The position numbers were made by a program, and so were the translations under genes. The notes below the pieces were generated by a model. That model worked only from the letters and a program-made list of their open reading frames with translations. It was not told the DNA's origin and searched no databases. From Eledone cirrhosa (lineage: Eukaryota): a stretch of DNA of 64,000 bases. The stretch lies in the NCBI GenBank assembly GCA_964016885.1, contig OZ024743.1, positions 57,970,001-58,034,000 of the forward strand, read 5' to 3'. Within the stretch, counting starts at the first letter, position 1, and every line of letters starts with the position of its first letter. This document shows positions 54,001-64,000 of this stretch, in pieces.

Positions 54001-54524
54001 ACAACTTCCAGAGGTCCCTGGCCTGGCAGTGCTACCGAGGAGCTCTACCGGTTCGTGACAAGATCTACAGGCACGGACGCCCTGGCAGGGATCCTTCCAA
54101 GAGGACGTGTCCAAGATGTGCGCAGGACATTGAAACAGTTCTGCACACAATTGTACACTGCCCGGTCGTAAGCGACCTGTGGAACTATGCAGAACAACTG
54201 CTGTCGCGTATGGGACAAATACAGTTGACTGCCGAGTCCATAGTAAGGATCAAACCGCCAGACTCTTTCAAAAACGAAAGAGAGGCGGTTTTCCTCTGTA
54301 CGGTGGCTATGGTGAAAGAAGTTATATGGTGGACGAGGTTGAGAGGACTGAGGACAGATGCCTTTCTCTCCGGACAACAATTGATTCCATTCTTTAAGTA
54401 TCACTTTAGAAGGAGAATCAGGGTGGAGAGAGAGGCACTGCACCCCAGTAAATTTACTGAAAGGTGGGTGAATGAAGCGAAAATGGCCCGAGTGATTGGG
54501 CCTTCTCTGTTTATAAGCCTGTAG
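51078..54524 (+). CDS. Tx1 ORF2, intact 1148 aa
   Basis: APE, RT (AYADD) and C-terminal CPRC..H...C motifs. Confidence 0.95.
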   Translation: MAGLRVGTVNVRGLGMPWKQGQLLNDHRSHSMDVIAITESRIHNRQQLTPIFDDFEIYASLCQTGGGGGVAVMFRKNLDVGVQQVHLDPEGRLVVLDVNSIGGGAFRLVAVYAPTGQSQSRPDFFKRLESFLGTSRSLLLVGDWNGILDARWDYVGACPSRAGCNSLKTLIGQFQLADRYRLDFPTAPQWTWVNRSGTSRSYLDRFFIRERDKDMLSCPRMHMVAYSDHKLVVCLVNRDRIHRQGPGYWKLNVSLPARKAYSERISKLVKQQLTGAIVNNRWWYSLKKAIRIESIGYSRELALEKNRIERELVAKVEEALRSGNAARVLASRTALDQFFDAKHEGCVVRSKTRALGNEGAKAVSWARVAEAKSGNKSTIRSLKDQNGRVLLDPKQMCAAFQRHFARLFEQNDGEPNGEMDFSSYLDGLPRLSNTDAEFCERPITDTEIRDALGRCGKRKSPGLDGLPYEFYIGMSDLFSGVLEAVYCNWQQNGRIPSSAGKGVVTLIRKDENKGDEINNSRPITLLNTELKILAKVLATRLALVVENLVGKAQTCAIPTRSIHDNLHLMRYIIERVGSKPGFGGALINLDQSKAFDRVDHRYLEAVLKAAGFGPVFRGWIEAMHTSICSRVKVNGYLSEPFAITRSIRQGCPLSSILYVLTLEPLLRKLELLQGIPLEPGLRKAASAYADDVTVMVSSTSEIGVIGNILKEYETLTGAKLNPDKSVGLQLGTWRGKPMTSDSVVGRWTDGPVKLLGVWFGPDLQVEKNWNEVTAKVFALTQKWAECNLSLKGRAEVANTFIASVIYYRLTVVPCPREHLAKMERMLFQFLWKKQAPLVRRSVCCQHPSNGGLGMPWLMMRKHALRLRHLQVFLTDPQPVWAPFVRQAFPQLVSLTELQSWVKKRPKTMGAWHIECAQALTVLWQAGAAISGDSTSTFYRGIVRYKGDDVLGETLGVEDDELTSMFRRTFRPGPMDNFQRSLAWQCYRGALPVRDKIYRHGRPGRDPSKRTCPRCAQDIETVLHTIVHCPVVSDLWNYAEQLLSRMGQIQLTAESIVRIKPPDSFKNEREAVFLCTVAMVKEVIWWTRLRGLRTDAFLSGQQLIPFFKYHFRRRIRVEREALHPSKFTERWVNEAKMARVIGPSLFISL

Positions 54525-54757
54525 GTTGAGGAAGAGAGCAAAAGGAAGAAAGGATCACTTGCACAACACGCTCCTTGAGTTGAGGGTTGTTCTATCGACG
54601 GGGTATTAAACAACCCATTTGTGGCGCCTCCCCCCTATTGGGGATTTCGATTGTTGAAATTGTTTGTTTTTATATTTTTTACACGACTGTATGTAAAATC
54701 CCCGGCATGTCTTTGTATTGCCCCCTTTCTTGTTGCGCCCTTGTGGCTAAGAAAGAA

Positions 54758-54791
<34 letters not shown>

Positions 54792-54807
54792 ATATCTATC
54801 TGGGATG

Positions 54808-57800
54808 AAAACTAATAAAAATCCCAATGAACCTCTACCAAAAACTAAAAAAGGATTTTAAGGAGGACGTAGGACCACCCTCTGTCAAACCCATAAACCG
54901 CGTCCTACTAAAAAGCTTTCCCCCTCCCCTTCCCCTCCCCAACACAACTCCAAACACCCCAACCCCACCACACACCGACGACCCCACACCACCACAAGAC
55001 ACCCCTTCGCCCAACACCCCCGACCCCATGGAAGTCGTGCAACCCGAACCCCGGGAAGCGGAAAGGTAGGTCTCTACACTCTCCTTTGGCTCTGCCGCCC
55101 ACATGGATGTGTTAAGAGTAGGATGTTTGAATGCACGTGGCCTGGGCTCAACTTGGAAGCAAGCAAAGCTTCTAAATGACCTCAGGTCATGTAGTATAAA
55201 TGTAATGGTTATCTGTGAGACTCGAATCAGCGTCATGCGGCAGCTGGCCCCCACCTTCGATGACTTTGAGGTGTATGCATCTCTCTGTCAACCTGGAGGT
55301 GGGGGTGGGGTTGTCGTGCTGCTGCAAAAACACCTGGGTCTTGCCGTACAGGTTGTGCACTCGGACCCGGAGGGTCGTTTGTTGGTGCTAGACGTTGGCA
55401 GTAGTGAAAGTGCGGCCTTGAGACTGGTCGCCGTCTACTCCCCTTTCGGAGCTGAACGGCCCGACTTCTTCCAGCGTTTGGAGACTTTTCTGGGAACGTC
55501 GCGTTCCCTGCTTCTAGCGGGGGATTGGAATGACATCCTAGATGCACGTTGGGACTATGCAGGAGCATGTCCTAATAGAGGGGGGTGTAACAGCCTCAAG
55601 GGGTTACTCGACCGTTTTAACTTGGTCGATAGATATCGACTAGATTTTCCAACTGTGCCTACCTGGACTTGGAGAAACCACAGTGGTCAATCTAGATCGT
55701 ACTTAGATAGATTCTTAGTTAGAAGTAAGGATAGGGACATATTAAGCTGTCCAGAAATGCGCACGGTTGGCTACACGGATCACAAATTAGTGACCTGCGT
55801 GGTCAATCTCGAGAAAACACATAGACAGGGTCCCGGTTACTGGAAACTTAATTTGTCTTTACCGGCAAAAGAGACTTACAGAAACCGGATTAGCAGATTA
55901 GTTAAGGAGAGGTTGACGGGTGCAATCGTCAACAACCGATGGTGGGCATCTCTCAAAAGAGAGATTAGAACAGAATCAATAAGTTATAGCAAGATGTTAG
56001 CTGCCAATAGGAATAGAAACGAGAAAGAATTAACAGGTAAATTAGAAGAGGCAATCAAGAGCGAAGATGTGGCCAGAGTGCTGGCATCGAGGACGGCCTT
56101 GAACCAGTTTTTCGATGCAAAGCATGAAGGCTGCGTCATTCGAAGTAAAATACGTGCTCTAGGTAATGAGGGGGCCAAAGCCGTTGGATGGGCCCGCGTG
56201 ACAGAAGCTAAAAGTGGAAATCGATCCACCATCCGGTCGTTGCAAGACGAAGATGGACGAGTGATCCGGGAGCCTAAGCAGATGTGCGAGGCCTTTCAAA
56301 AGCACTTTGCCCGATTGTTCGGGGGAGGCGAGGGTCCGGGCCGGGGCGTGGATTTCGGTCCATACCTCGACGGCCTGCCGCGTCTCTCGAACAAAGAGGC
56401 AGAGTCCTGCGAGGGACCAATCTCGGCTGATGAGATCGGAGATGCGCTGAGCCAATGCAGCAGACGCAAATCTCCAGGTCTCGATGGTATACCTTACGAA
56501 CTTTATTTAGCAATGCCGGTTTTCTTCTCCGAACTCCTCGAAGCGGTCTACTGCAATTGGCAGCAGAACGGGAGAATTCCTTGTTCTGTAGCCAAGGGCG
56601 TAGTCACGCTGGTGAGGAAGGACGAGAAAAAGGGGGATAGTATAAATAATTTTCGGCCCATAACCCTGCTAAACACAGAGTTAAAGATTTTGGCCAAGGT
56701 GTTAGCAAAGAGGTTGGCGCTTGTCGTGGGTGGCCTGGTGGGAGATGCGCAGACATGTGCTATCCCATCCAGGTCCATTCACGATAACCTCCACCTCATG
56801 CGATACATCATAGAGAGGGTTGGCAACAAACCCGGCTTCGGTGGGGCCCTGATCAACTTGGATCAGTCTAAGGCCTTCGATAGGGTCGACCATGGTTACC
56901 TGGATGCGGTGCTAGCGGCGGCTGGGTTCGGTCCTGTTTTCAGAGGCTGGATCACTGCCCTACATAGCAACCACATCTGTTCTAGGATCAAGGTGAACGG
57001 CTACCTTTCGAAGCCGTTCGAAATCACACGATCCATTCGACAGGGGTGCCCTCTCTCCTCCCTTCTGTACGTATTGACTCTCGAGCCTTTACTGAGGAAG
57101 TTGGAGTTGTTGCAGGGTATCCCCCTGGAACCAGGATTGAGCAAAGCGGTGTCGGCCTACGCCGATGACGTAACAGTAATGGTATCAACCGACTCGGAGA
57201 TCGAGGCGATCGGTACCCTACTGGAGGAGTACGAAAGGTTGTCAGGAGCGAAACTGAACCGGGAAAAATCCATCGGGCTGCAACTCGGAACGTGGAGAGG
57301 CAAACCGATGCCTCCTGACGGTGTCGTCGGACACTGGACGGAGGGCCCGGTAAAGTTGCTTGGGGTCTGGTTTGGACAGGACCTCCAGGTGGAAAAGAAC
57401 TGGAACGAGGTTACGAACAAGGTGTTTGCACTAACCCAGAAATGGGCCAAGTGTAAGCTGTCCCTAAAAGGCCGGGCGGAGGTGGCGAACATTTACATAG
57501 CGTCCGTCACTTACTACCGCCTGACTGTCGTGCCTTGCCCTAAGGAAACACTCACCACCATGGAACGCATGCTCTTCCAATTTCTTTGGAAGAAGCGTCC
57601 TCCTATGGTGAGAAGATCCATCTGCTGCCAACAACCTTCGAAAGGAGGACTGGGGATGCCGTGGTTGATGATGCGTAGGCACGCATTAAGGCTACGGCAC
57701 CTACAGGTATTCCTCACTGGTCAACCGGTGTGGGCTCCGTTCGTGAAACGAGCCTTTCCGAGACTCGTCTCACTCACCGAGCTACAGTCCTGGGTCAAGC

Positions 57801-58755
57801 AAAGATCCGGAAAACTGGGAGACTGGCACACTGAGTGTGCTCAGGCGCTCAGGGCTCTCTGGCAAGCGGGCCGGGCCATCGGTGGAGAATCCACCTCATC
57901 ATTCTATAGAGGGCTGGTGGCTAGCAGGGGCGATGACACCCTTGGAGAGTCGCTGGACATGGAAGAAGACGAACTGGCCAGCCTGTTCGGTAGGACTTTC
58001 GGCCCAGGACCAATGGACAACTTCCAGAAGTCACTGGCCTGGCAGTGCTACCGAGGGGCTCTACCCGTTCGAGAGAGGCTCTACAGACACGGGCGCCCGG
58101 GCAGGGATCCCTCAAAAAAGATTTGCCCTAGATGCGTGCGTCACGAAGAAACCGTGGCGCATGCATTGGTGCAATGTCCTGGCGTGGCTGATCTGTGGGG
58201 CTATGCCGAACAACTGCTGTCGCGGGTGGCGCCGATTAAATTGACCGCCGAGTCCGTGATGACAATCAAACCGCCTCCCCTCTTCACAAAGGAAGCAAAG
58301 GCGGTTTTTCTGTGCGTAATAGCCATGTTGAAAGAGGTTGTTTGGTGGACACGATTGAAAGGTCTGAGGTCAGGCAACTTCCTCTCTGGCCATAGTCTGG
58401 TCTACTTCTTCCGATATCACTTCGGAAGAAGGATAAGAATGGAGAGAGAGGTGCTTGGCCACAGGCAGTTTTATGAAAGGTGGGTGATAGTGGCGAGAAT
58501 GGCTCGTGTAAATGGGCCTTCTCTGTATACCATCCTGTAGGTAAAGAAGTAAAGGAGAGGGGAGCACCTTCTCCATGTGCTCCCCGGGCAAAGGATTGCA
58601 CACTTTTTCGGGGGTGTGTGCAACCCCCATCACGTCCCCTCCCTTTTGAGGTTATTTTCGATTATTTTCATGTTACACCCTTTTTACTCGATTATATGTA
58701 AACTCCCCCTTTGTATTTGTCCCTTCTTTTTATGCCTTTATGGTAAATAAAGAAA
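54808..58755 (+). mobile_element. Tx1 stack copy 3 (5'-truncated in ORF1) with a 21-bp TSD
   Basis: TCTATATATCTATCTGGGATG at 54787-54807 and 58756-58776. Confidence 0.92.
55103..58540 (+). CDS. Tx1 ORF2, intact 1145 aa
   Basis: APE, RT (AYADD) and C-terminal CPRC..H...C motifs. Confidence 0.95.
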   Translation: MDVLRVGCLNARGLGSTWKQAKLLNDLRSCSINVMVICETRISVMRQLAPTFDDFEVYASLCQPGGGGGVVVLLQKHLGLAVQVVHSDPEGRLLVLDVGSSESAALRLVAVYSPFGAERPDFFQRLETFLGTSRSLLLAGDWNDILDARWDYAGACPNRGGCNSLKGLLDRFNLVDRYRLDFPTVPTWTWRNHSGQSRSYLDRFLVRSKDRDILSCPEMRTVGYTDHKLVTCVVNLEKTHRQGPGYWKLNLSLPAKETYRNRISRLVKERLTGAIVNNRWWASLKREIRTESISYSKMLAANRNRNEKELTGKLEEAIKSEDVARVLASRTALNQFFDAKHEGCVIRSKIRALGNEGAKAVGWARVTEAKSGNRSTIRSLQDEDGRVIREPKQMCEAFQKHFARLFGGGEGPGRGVDFGPYLDGLPRLSNKEAESCEGPISADEIGDALSQCSRRKSPGLDGIPYELYLAMPVFFSELLEAVYCNWQQNGRIPCSVAKGVVTLVRKDEKKGDSINNFRPITLLNTELKILAKVLAKRLALVVGGLVGDAQTCAIPSRSIHDNLHLMRYIIERVGNKPGFGGALINLDQSKAFDRVDHGYLDAVLAAAGFGPVFRGWITALHSNHICSRIKVNGYLSKPFEITRSIRQGCPLSSLLYVLTLEPLLRKLELLQGIPLEPGLSKAVSAYADDVTVMVSTDSEIEAIGTLLEEYERLSGAKLNREKSIGLQLGTWRGKPMPPDGVVGHWTEGPVKLLGVWFGQDLQVEKNWNEVTNKVFALTQKWAKCKLSLKGRAEVANIYIASVTYYRLTVVPCPKETLTTMERMLFQFLWKKRPPMVRRSICCQQPSKGGLGMPWLMMRRHALRLRHLQVFLTGQPVWAPFVKRAFPRLVSLTELQSWVKQRSGKLGDWHTECAQALRALWQAGRAIGGESTSSFYRGLVASRGDDTLGESLDMEEDELASLFGRTFGPGPMDNFQKSLAWQCYRGALPVRERLYRHGRPGRDPSKKICPRCVRHEETVAHALVQCPGVADLWGYAEQLLSRVAPIKLTAESVMTIKPPPLFTKEAKAVFLCVIAMLKEVVWWTRLKGLRSGNFLSGHSLVYFFRYHFGRRIRMEREVLGHRQFYERWVIVARMARVNGPSLYTIL

Positions 58756-58770
58756 TCTATATATCTATCT

Positions 58771-59125
58771 GGGATGGACAAACGCGTAAAACTTGCTGGG
58801 TAAGTTCTGCCTAAATTTCCATAGAAATTCCAAACTGTAAACTTTCATTTTTGTACTATTTTGTAGAGGGACTGCCAGGTCAAATTTTGATCTGGTCAGT
58901 CTCTCAAATTATTCTACGCCTTTAGGCGAAATTGTGTTTAAAAAAAAAAATGTTATCTTTCGAAAAATTTCCTACTTTGATAAAAATGGCTGAAGCATCT
59001 TCACCAACATTCAAAGAAAGAAAAGGAAAGCTAAACTCAGAGCTTCCCCTGCCACTGTCACATTAGCTGATGACCGACCTGCTTACCGACAACTTGATGT
59101 AGCCACAACTACACAAGAAACTAAA

Positions 59126-59156
<31 letters not shown>

Positions 59157-62100
59157 GCAACAATAAAGACAACAAAAACAACAACACCAACAACAATGAT
59201 AACAACAACACCACCAACTACAACAGCAACACGAACAAGGAAAAGGTCTCCTTCGCCCAGATTGCAAGGAATACCATCGACTATCTGCTAGTAGATATAA
59301 GCAAAGCGAAGGAGCTACTGGCAAATGCCAAAAATACATAGTGTACGGAGAAAATGGATCATTTTCGATCCCCCCCTCCCCGGAACTAAAAAGCCAGAGA
59401 CTCCTAAACATGACAGTGTTTAGGACAGTCTCAAACAAAAGCAAAAAACCAGCTCAACCATCACAGAGTGAGATAGAGCTGGTTTTAAAAGATGTCATGA
59501 AAGACATCATATTCATTTAGAAGGATAGACTCTACGGGAGTCTATCCATTCTCATGAAGGACAGGGACACGGCAGCGAAACTGTCAATAAAACCAATCAC
59601 ATCCACCGCATACACCTTCTACCCTACGTACATGGGTAGAAGGACACAAACAATAACAATTCACACCATCCTTCCGATTATGGTGGGTATTGTCAGGTTT
59701 CCTGGACCTAGACGATGACACACTAATATCCATGGGAAAGGCATCGGGTGACGCGTTCAGTGGAACGGGCCTCGAACTTGTAGTTCAAATGAGGGCCGAA
59801 AGGATCGCCCAGATCCCTGAACGCGTCATACTGGATGGTCAAACTTTTATCAACATTACCGTTGAGGGTAGGCGGCCCTCGTGTTACCTCTGTGGAGCCA
59901 GAGGTCACCTAAGGGCTGTCTGTCCTCAACTTAAAAAGAAAACCCCAATCCTGCCTACACCACCAACAACTGCACAATCAACACAATCACCACAACCACC
60001 ACTACAAAAACAACAACCACAGCTCAAACCAAAACAAAACACTGTCCAACCCATCCCCCCACTAAAAAAAAAATAATTTCCAAAACACCCGCCCCACAAA
60101 CACAACCCGAAAATCTACCCCTCCCCTCCAACGCGGAAGATGACCCTCGTTCGTCGTCAGACGAGGAGGAGCACTTCCACACAATCAAAAGAAAAAAAGC
60201 AAACACACCTCAGATACACAAATGAAAACAACCCCTCCCCAAAACATAACACAGACACCAACAGTAAACAAAAAAAAACACACAAAAACAAAAACATGCA
60301 TACACATATATAAACACAAGAAATAAAAAAACTGCTAAACATTGTATACAACAACAATTTAGTAAAAACCCAAGGGCCTAATTTCACTCAGGCAGGAGAT
60401 TTCCCCATCTCAAAATAATTAAGTCCCCAGAGAACACATATAAAACACTAAAAAACAACTTTAAAGAGGACGTGGGCCCCCTGCGTCGGGCCCATTAACC
60501 GCGTCCTCCTAAAGAATTTCCCTACCCCCTCTTCAAACACCCACACAACTCCAAACACACCATCCACACAACACACTGATGCCCCTACACTTCCACAAAC
60601 CATCACCCCACCCAACAACCCATCCCCCACCCTCATGGAAATTGTGCAGCCCGATACCCAGGACGTAGAGAGGTAAGTGCCTTTTCTCTTCACCACCAAC
60701 ATGGCTATGCTAAGAGTAGGCTGTCTAAATGCGCGTGGCCTGGGTTCAACTTGGAAGCAAGCAATGCTTCTAAATGACCTCAGGTCACAACGTATAAATG
60801 TGATGGTTATTTGCGAGGCCCGGATCAGCAACGTGCGACAGTTGGCCCCCACCTTTGATGACTTTGAGATGCACGCATCTCTCTGTCAGCCCGGAGCGGG
60901 GGTGGGGTTGTCGTTCTGCTGCAAAAACATCTGGGTCTCGCAACACAGACGGTAGATTTGGACCTGGAGGGTCGACTAGTGGTTCTGGACCTTGGCAGTG
61001 GTGAAGGCGGAGCGTTTAGGCTGGTAGCCGTCTACTGCCCTTTCGGGTCAACGCGGCCGGACTTCTTCCATCGTCTGGAGACTTTTCTAGGGACGTCCTG
61101 CTCCTTGCTATTAGTGGGAGACTGGAATGGTATCCTAAATGCACGTTGGGACTACGTAGGAGCCCCTGTCCCGATATGGAGGGGTGTAACAGCCTCAAAG
61201 GGTTAATCGGTCGATTTGACCTGGCCGATAGATATCGACTAGATTTTCCGACAGCGCCAACCTGGACTTGGGCAAACCGCAACGGATCACCTAGGTCGTA
61301 CCTAGATAGGTTCTTAGTTAGAAATAAGGATGAGGGCTTTTTAAGTTGTCCAAAAATGCTCATGGTTGGCTATTCAGACCACAAGTTAGTGACCTGCATG
61401 GTCAACCTTGACAGAACGCATAGACAGGGACCCGGTTACTGGAAGCTCAACTTGTCCTTACCGGCAAGTAAGGCTTACAGGGACCGGATTAGCACTTTAG
61501 TTAAGGAGCGGTTGACGGGCGCCATCGTCAACAGCAGGTGGTGGGGATCTCTCAAAAGAGAGATTAGAGTAGTCTCTATAGAATTTAGTAAGGAGTTAGC
61601 CTTAAATAGAAATAGGAAGGAAAGGGAGCTGGTAGATAGTGTAGAAGAGGCAATTAGAAGCGGCGACGTGGCCAGAGTGCTAGCGTCGAGAACGGCCCTG
61701 GGCCAGTTCTTCGACGCGAAACACGAAGGCTGCATCGTCCGAAGCAAAATACGTGCTCTGGGAAACGAGGGGACCAAAGCTGTTAGCTGGGCCTGCGTGA
61801 AAGAAGCCAAAAAAGGGAGTAGATCCACTATCCGGTCTTTGCGAGAGCAGGATGGACGGGTGATCCTTGAACCTAAGCAGATGTGCGAGGCTTTCGGACA
61901 GGGAGGCGAAGTCCTGCGAGGAGCCGATTTCAGCCGCTGATATAGAGGAAATGCTGAGCCAATGCGGAAAACGCAAATCCCCGGGTATCGATGGTCTTCC
62001 ATACGAACTATATCTAGCCATGCCGGACTTGTTACCCGATCTCCTCGAGGCAGTCTACTGCAACTGGCAACAGGACGGGAGAATTCCCTGTGCTGTGACC

Positions 62101-64000
62101 AAGGGTGTAGTCACGCTAGTGAGGAAGGACGAGAACAAGGGGGACGATATAAATAATTTCAGGCCCATAACTCTGCTAAATACAGAGTTACAGATTTTGG
62201 CCAAGGTGCTAGCAAAGATGTTGGCACTTGTCGTGTGCAACCTGGTGGGAGATGCGCAGACATGTGCTATCCCGTCCAGGTCCATCCACGACAACCTCCA
62301 CCTTATGCGATACATCATAGAGAGGGTTGGGAACGAACCCGGCTTTGGTGGGGCCCTGATCAACTTGGATCAATCTAAGGCGTTCGATAGGGTCGACCAT
62401 GGTTACCTGGATGCGCTGCTAGCGGCGGCAGGCTTCGGACCCGTTTTCAGGCGCTGGATCACTGCCATGCACAGCAGCCGCTTCTTCTCTAGGGTCAAGG
62501 TGAACGGCTACCTCTCGGAGCCGTTCGAAATCACGCGGTCCATCCGACAAGGGTGCCCTCTCTCCTCCCTTCTGTATGTAATGACTCTAGAGCCACTGCT
62601 ACGGAAGTTGGAGTTGTTGCAGGGCATCCCGTTTGGACCGGGATTGCGGAAAGCGGTGTCGGCCTACGCCGATGACGTAACAGTAATGGTGTCGACGGAG
62701 GAGTACGAAATGTTTACAGGGGCTAAGCTGAACCGGGACAAGTCGATCGGTCTGCAACTCGGCACGTGGAGGGGCAGATCGATGCCCTCCGATGGCGTTG
62801 TCGGGCGCTGGACGGAGGGTCCGGTAAAGTTGCTCGGGGTCTGGTTCGGACCAGACCTCCGTGGAGAAGAACTGGGGTGAGGTAACGAACATGGTGTTTG
62901 CACTGACCCAGAAGTGGGCCGAGTGCAAACAGTCACTGAAAGGTCGGGCGGAGGGGGCGAACACTTATATAGCGTCCGTCATCTACTAACGCCTGACCGC
63001 CGTGACTTGCCCAAGGGAAACGCTCACCAAAATGGAGCGCGCACTCTTCCAATTCCTTTGGAAGAAGCGGGCTCCTATGGTGAGGAGATCCATCTGCTGT
63101 CAACAACCATCGAAAGGAGGGCTGGGGATGCCGTGGCTGATGATTCGTAAACACGCATTAAGGCTACGGCACCTCCAGGTTTCCTCACGGGTCAACCGGT
63201 GTGGGCCCCGTTTGTGAGGCGAGCCTTTCCCAGACTCGTCTCGCTCATCGAGCTGCAATCCTGGGTCAAGCAAAGACCGAGAAAACTGGGTGCCTGTCAC
63301 TCCGAGTGTGCCCAGGCGCTCAGGGCTCTCAGGCAGGCGGACCCGGCTGTCAATGGAGAATCCACCTCGTCATTCTATAGAGAGCTGGTGGTTAGCAGGT
63401 GAGACGACGCCCTCGGAGAAGCCCTAGGCATGGAGGAAAATGAACTGGCCAACCTGTTCGGTAGGACATTCAGCCCGGGACCTATGGATAACTTCCAGAG
63501 GTCTCTGGCCTGGCAGTGCTACCGAGGGACTCTGCCCGTTCGAGAAAGGCTCTACAGACACAGGCGCCCGGGTAGGGACCCCTCGAAAAAGATCTGTCCC
63601 AGATGCGTGTCCGACGAGGAAACCGTTGCACGCGCATTGGTACACTGCTCGGGCGTAGCCGATCTGTGGGGCTATGTCGAACGACTGCTGTCACGTGTGG
63701 GACCGATCCGGTTGACCACCGAGTCTATTGTAACGATCAAGCCGCCTCCCCTCTTCAAAAACGAAGGAGAGGCGGTGTTTCTGTGCGTAATAGCCATGGC
63801 GAAAGAGGTTGTATGGTAGACGCGTCTGAAAGGACTGAGGTCGGACACCTTTCTCTCTGGCCAACAACTGGTCCGTTTCTTCCGATATCATTTCGGAAGA
63901 AGGATCAGGATGGAGAGAGAGGTGCTGAACCCCAGCCGTTTTTATGAAAGATGGGTGAAAGTGGCGAGAATGGCCCGTGTTAATGGGCCTTCACTCTACA
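58771..64000 (+). pseudogene. Tx1 stack copy 4: full-length but degenerate (ORF1 ~58986-60676; ORF2 from 60701 past the window end)
   Basis: CYLCGARGHLRAVC knuckle; many frameshifts and stops across ORF2 pieces 60677-63819. Confidence 0.9.

Larger units (their letters stand above)
48940..54758 (+). mobile_element. Tx1 stack copy 2, full-length with two intact ORFs
   Basis: 5' UTR with hairpins, ORF1, ORF2 and 3' UTR; (TATC)n flanks. Confidence 0.93.

Overview
Repeat-saturated, AT-rich animal genomic DNA with no recognisable host gene. The Nin/CORE-type tRNA-SINEs, dense TA/CATA/TAA/GATA microsatellites and LINE types point to an octopus/cephalopod genome (inference). Contents: (i) four R4/Dong-like RLE retrotransposon copies ending in (TAA)n or (CATA)n; (ii) an apparently intact RTE LINE (1181 aa APE-RT plus three C2H2 fingers) with a >=19-bp TSD, and several non-autonomous 5'+3' bipartite relatives; (iii) a head-to-tail stack of four diverged L1-Tx1 elements in one (TATC)n microsatellite (45-64 kb), where a 21-bp TSD reveals insertion order, plus two solo 3' fragments; (iv) Penelope-like remnants with intact, degenerate and half hammerhead ribozymes, often inside fold-back hairpins beside (TA)n; (v) a ~7.9-kb inverted structure containing a ~468-bp satellite that switches orientation; (vi) a Chapaev3-like DNA transposon, a MITE, many SINEs and a lone tRNA-like gene with an unusual GGC anticodon. 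Most striking: retroelement families appear to partition different microsatellites as targets, and splice-donor hexamers are conserved over the Tx1 stop codons. All coordinates were read by eye; no searches were run.
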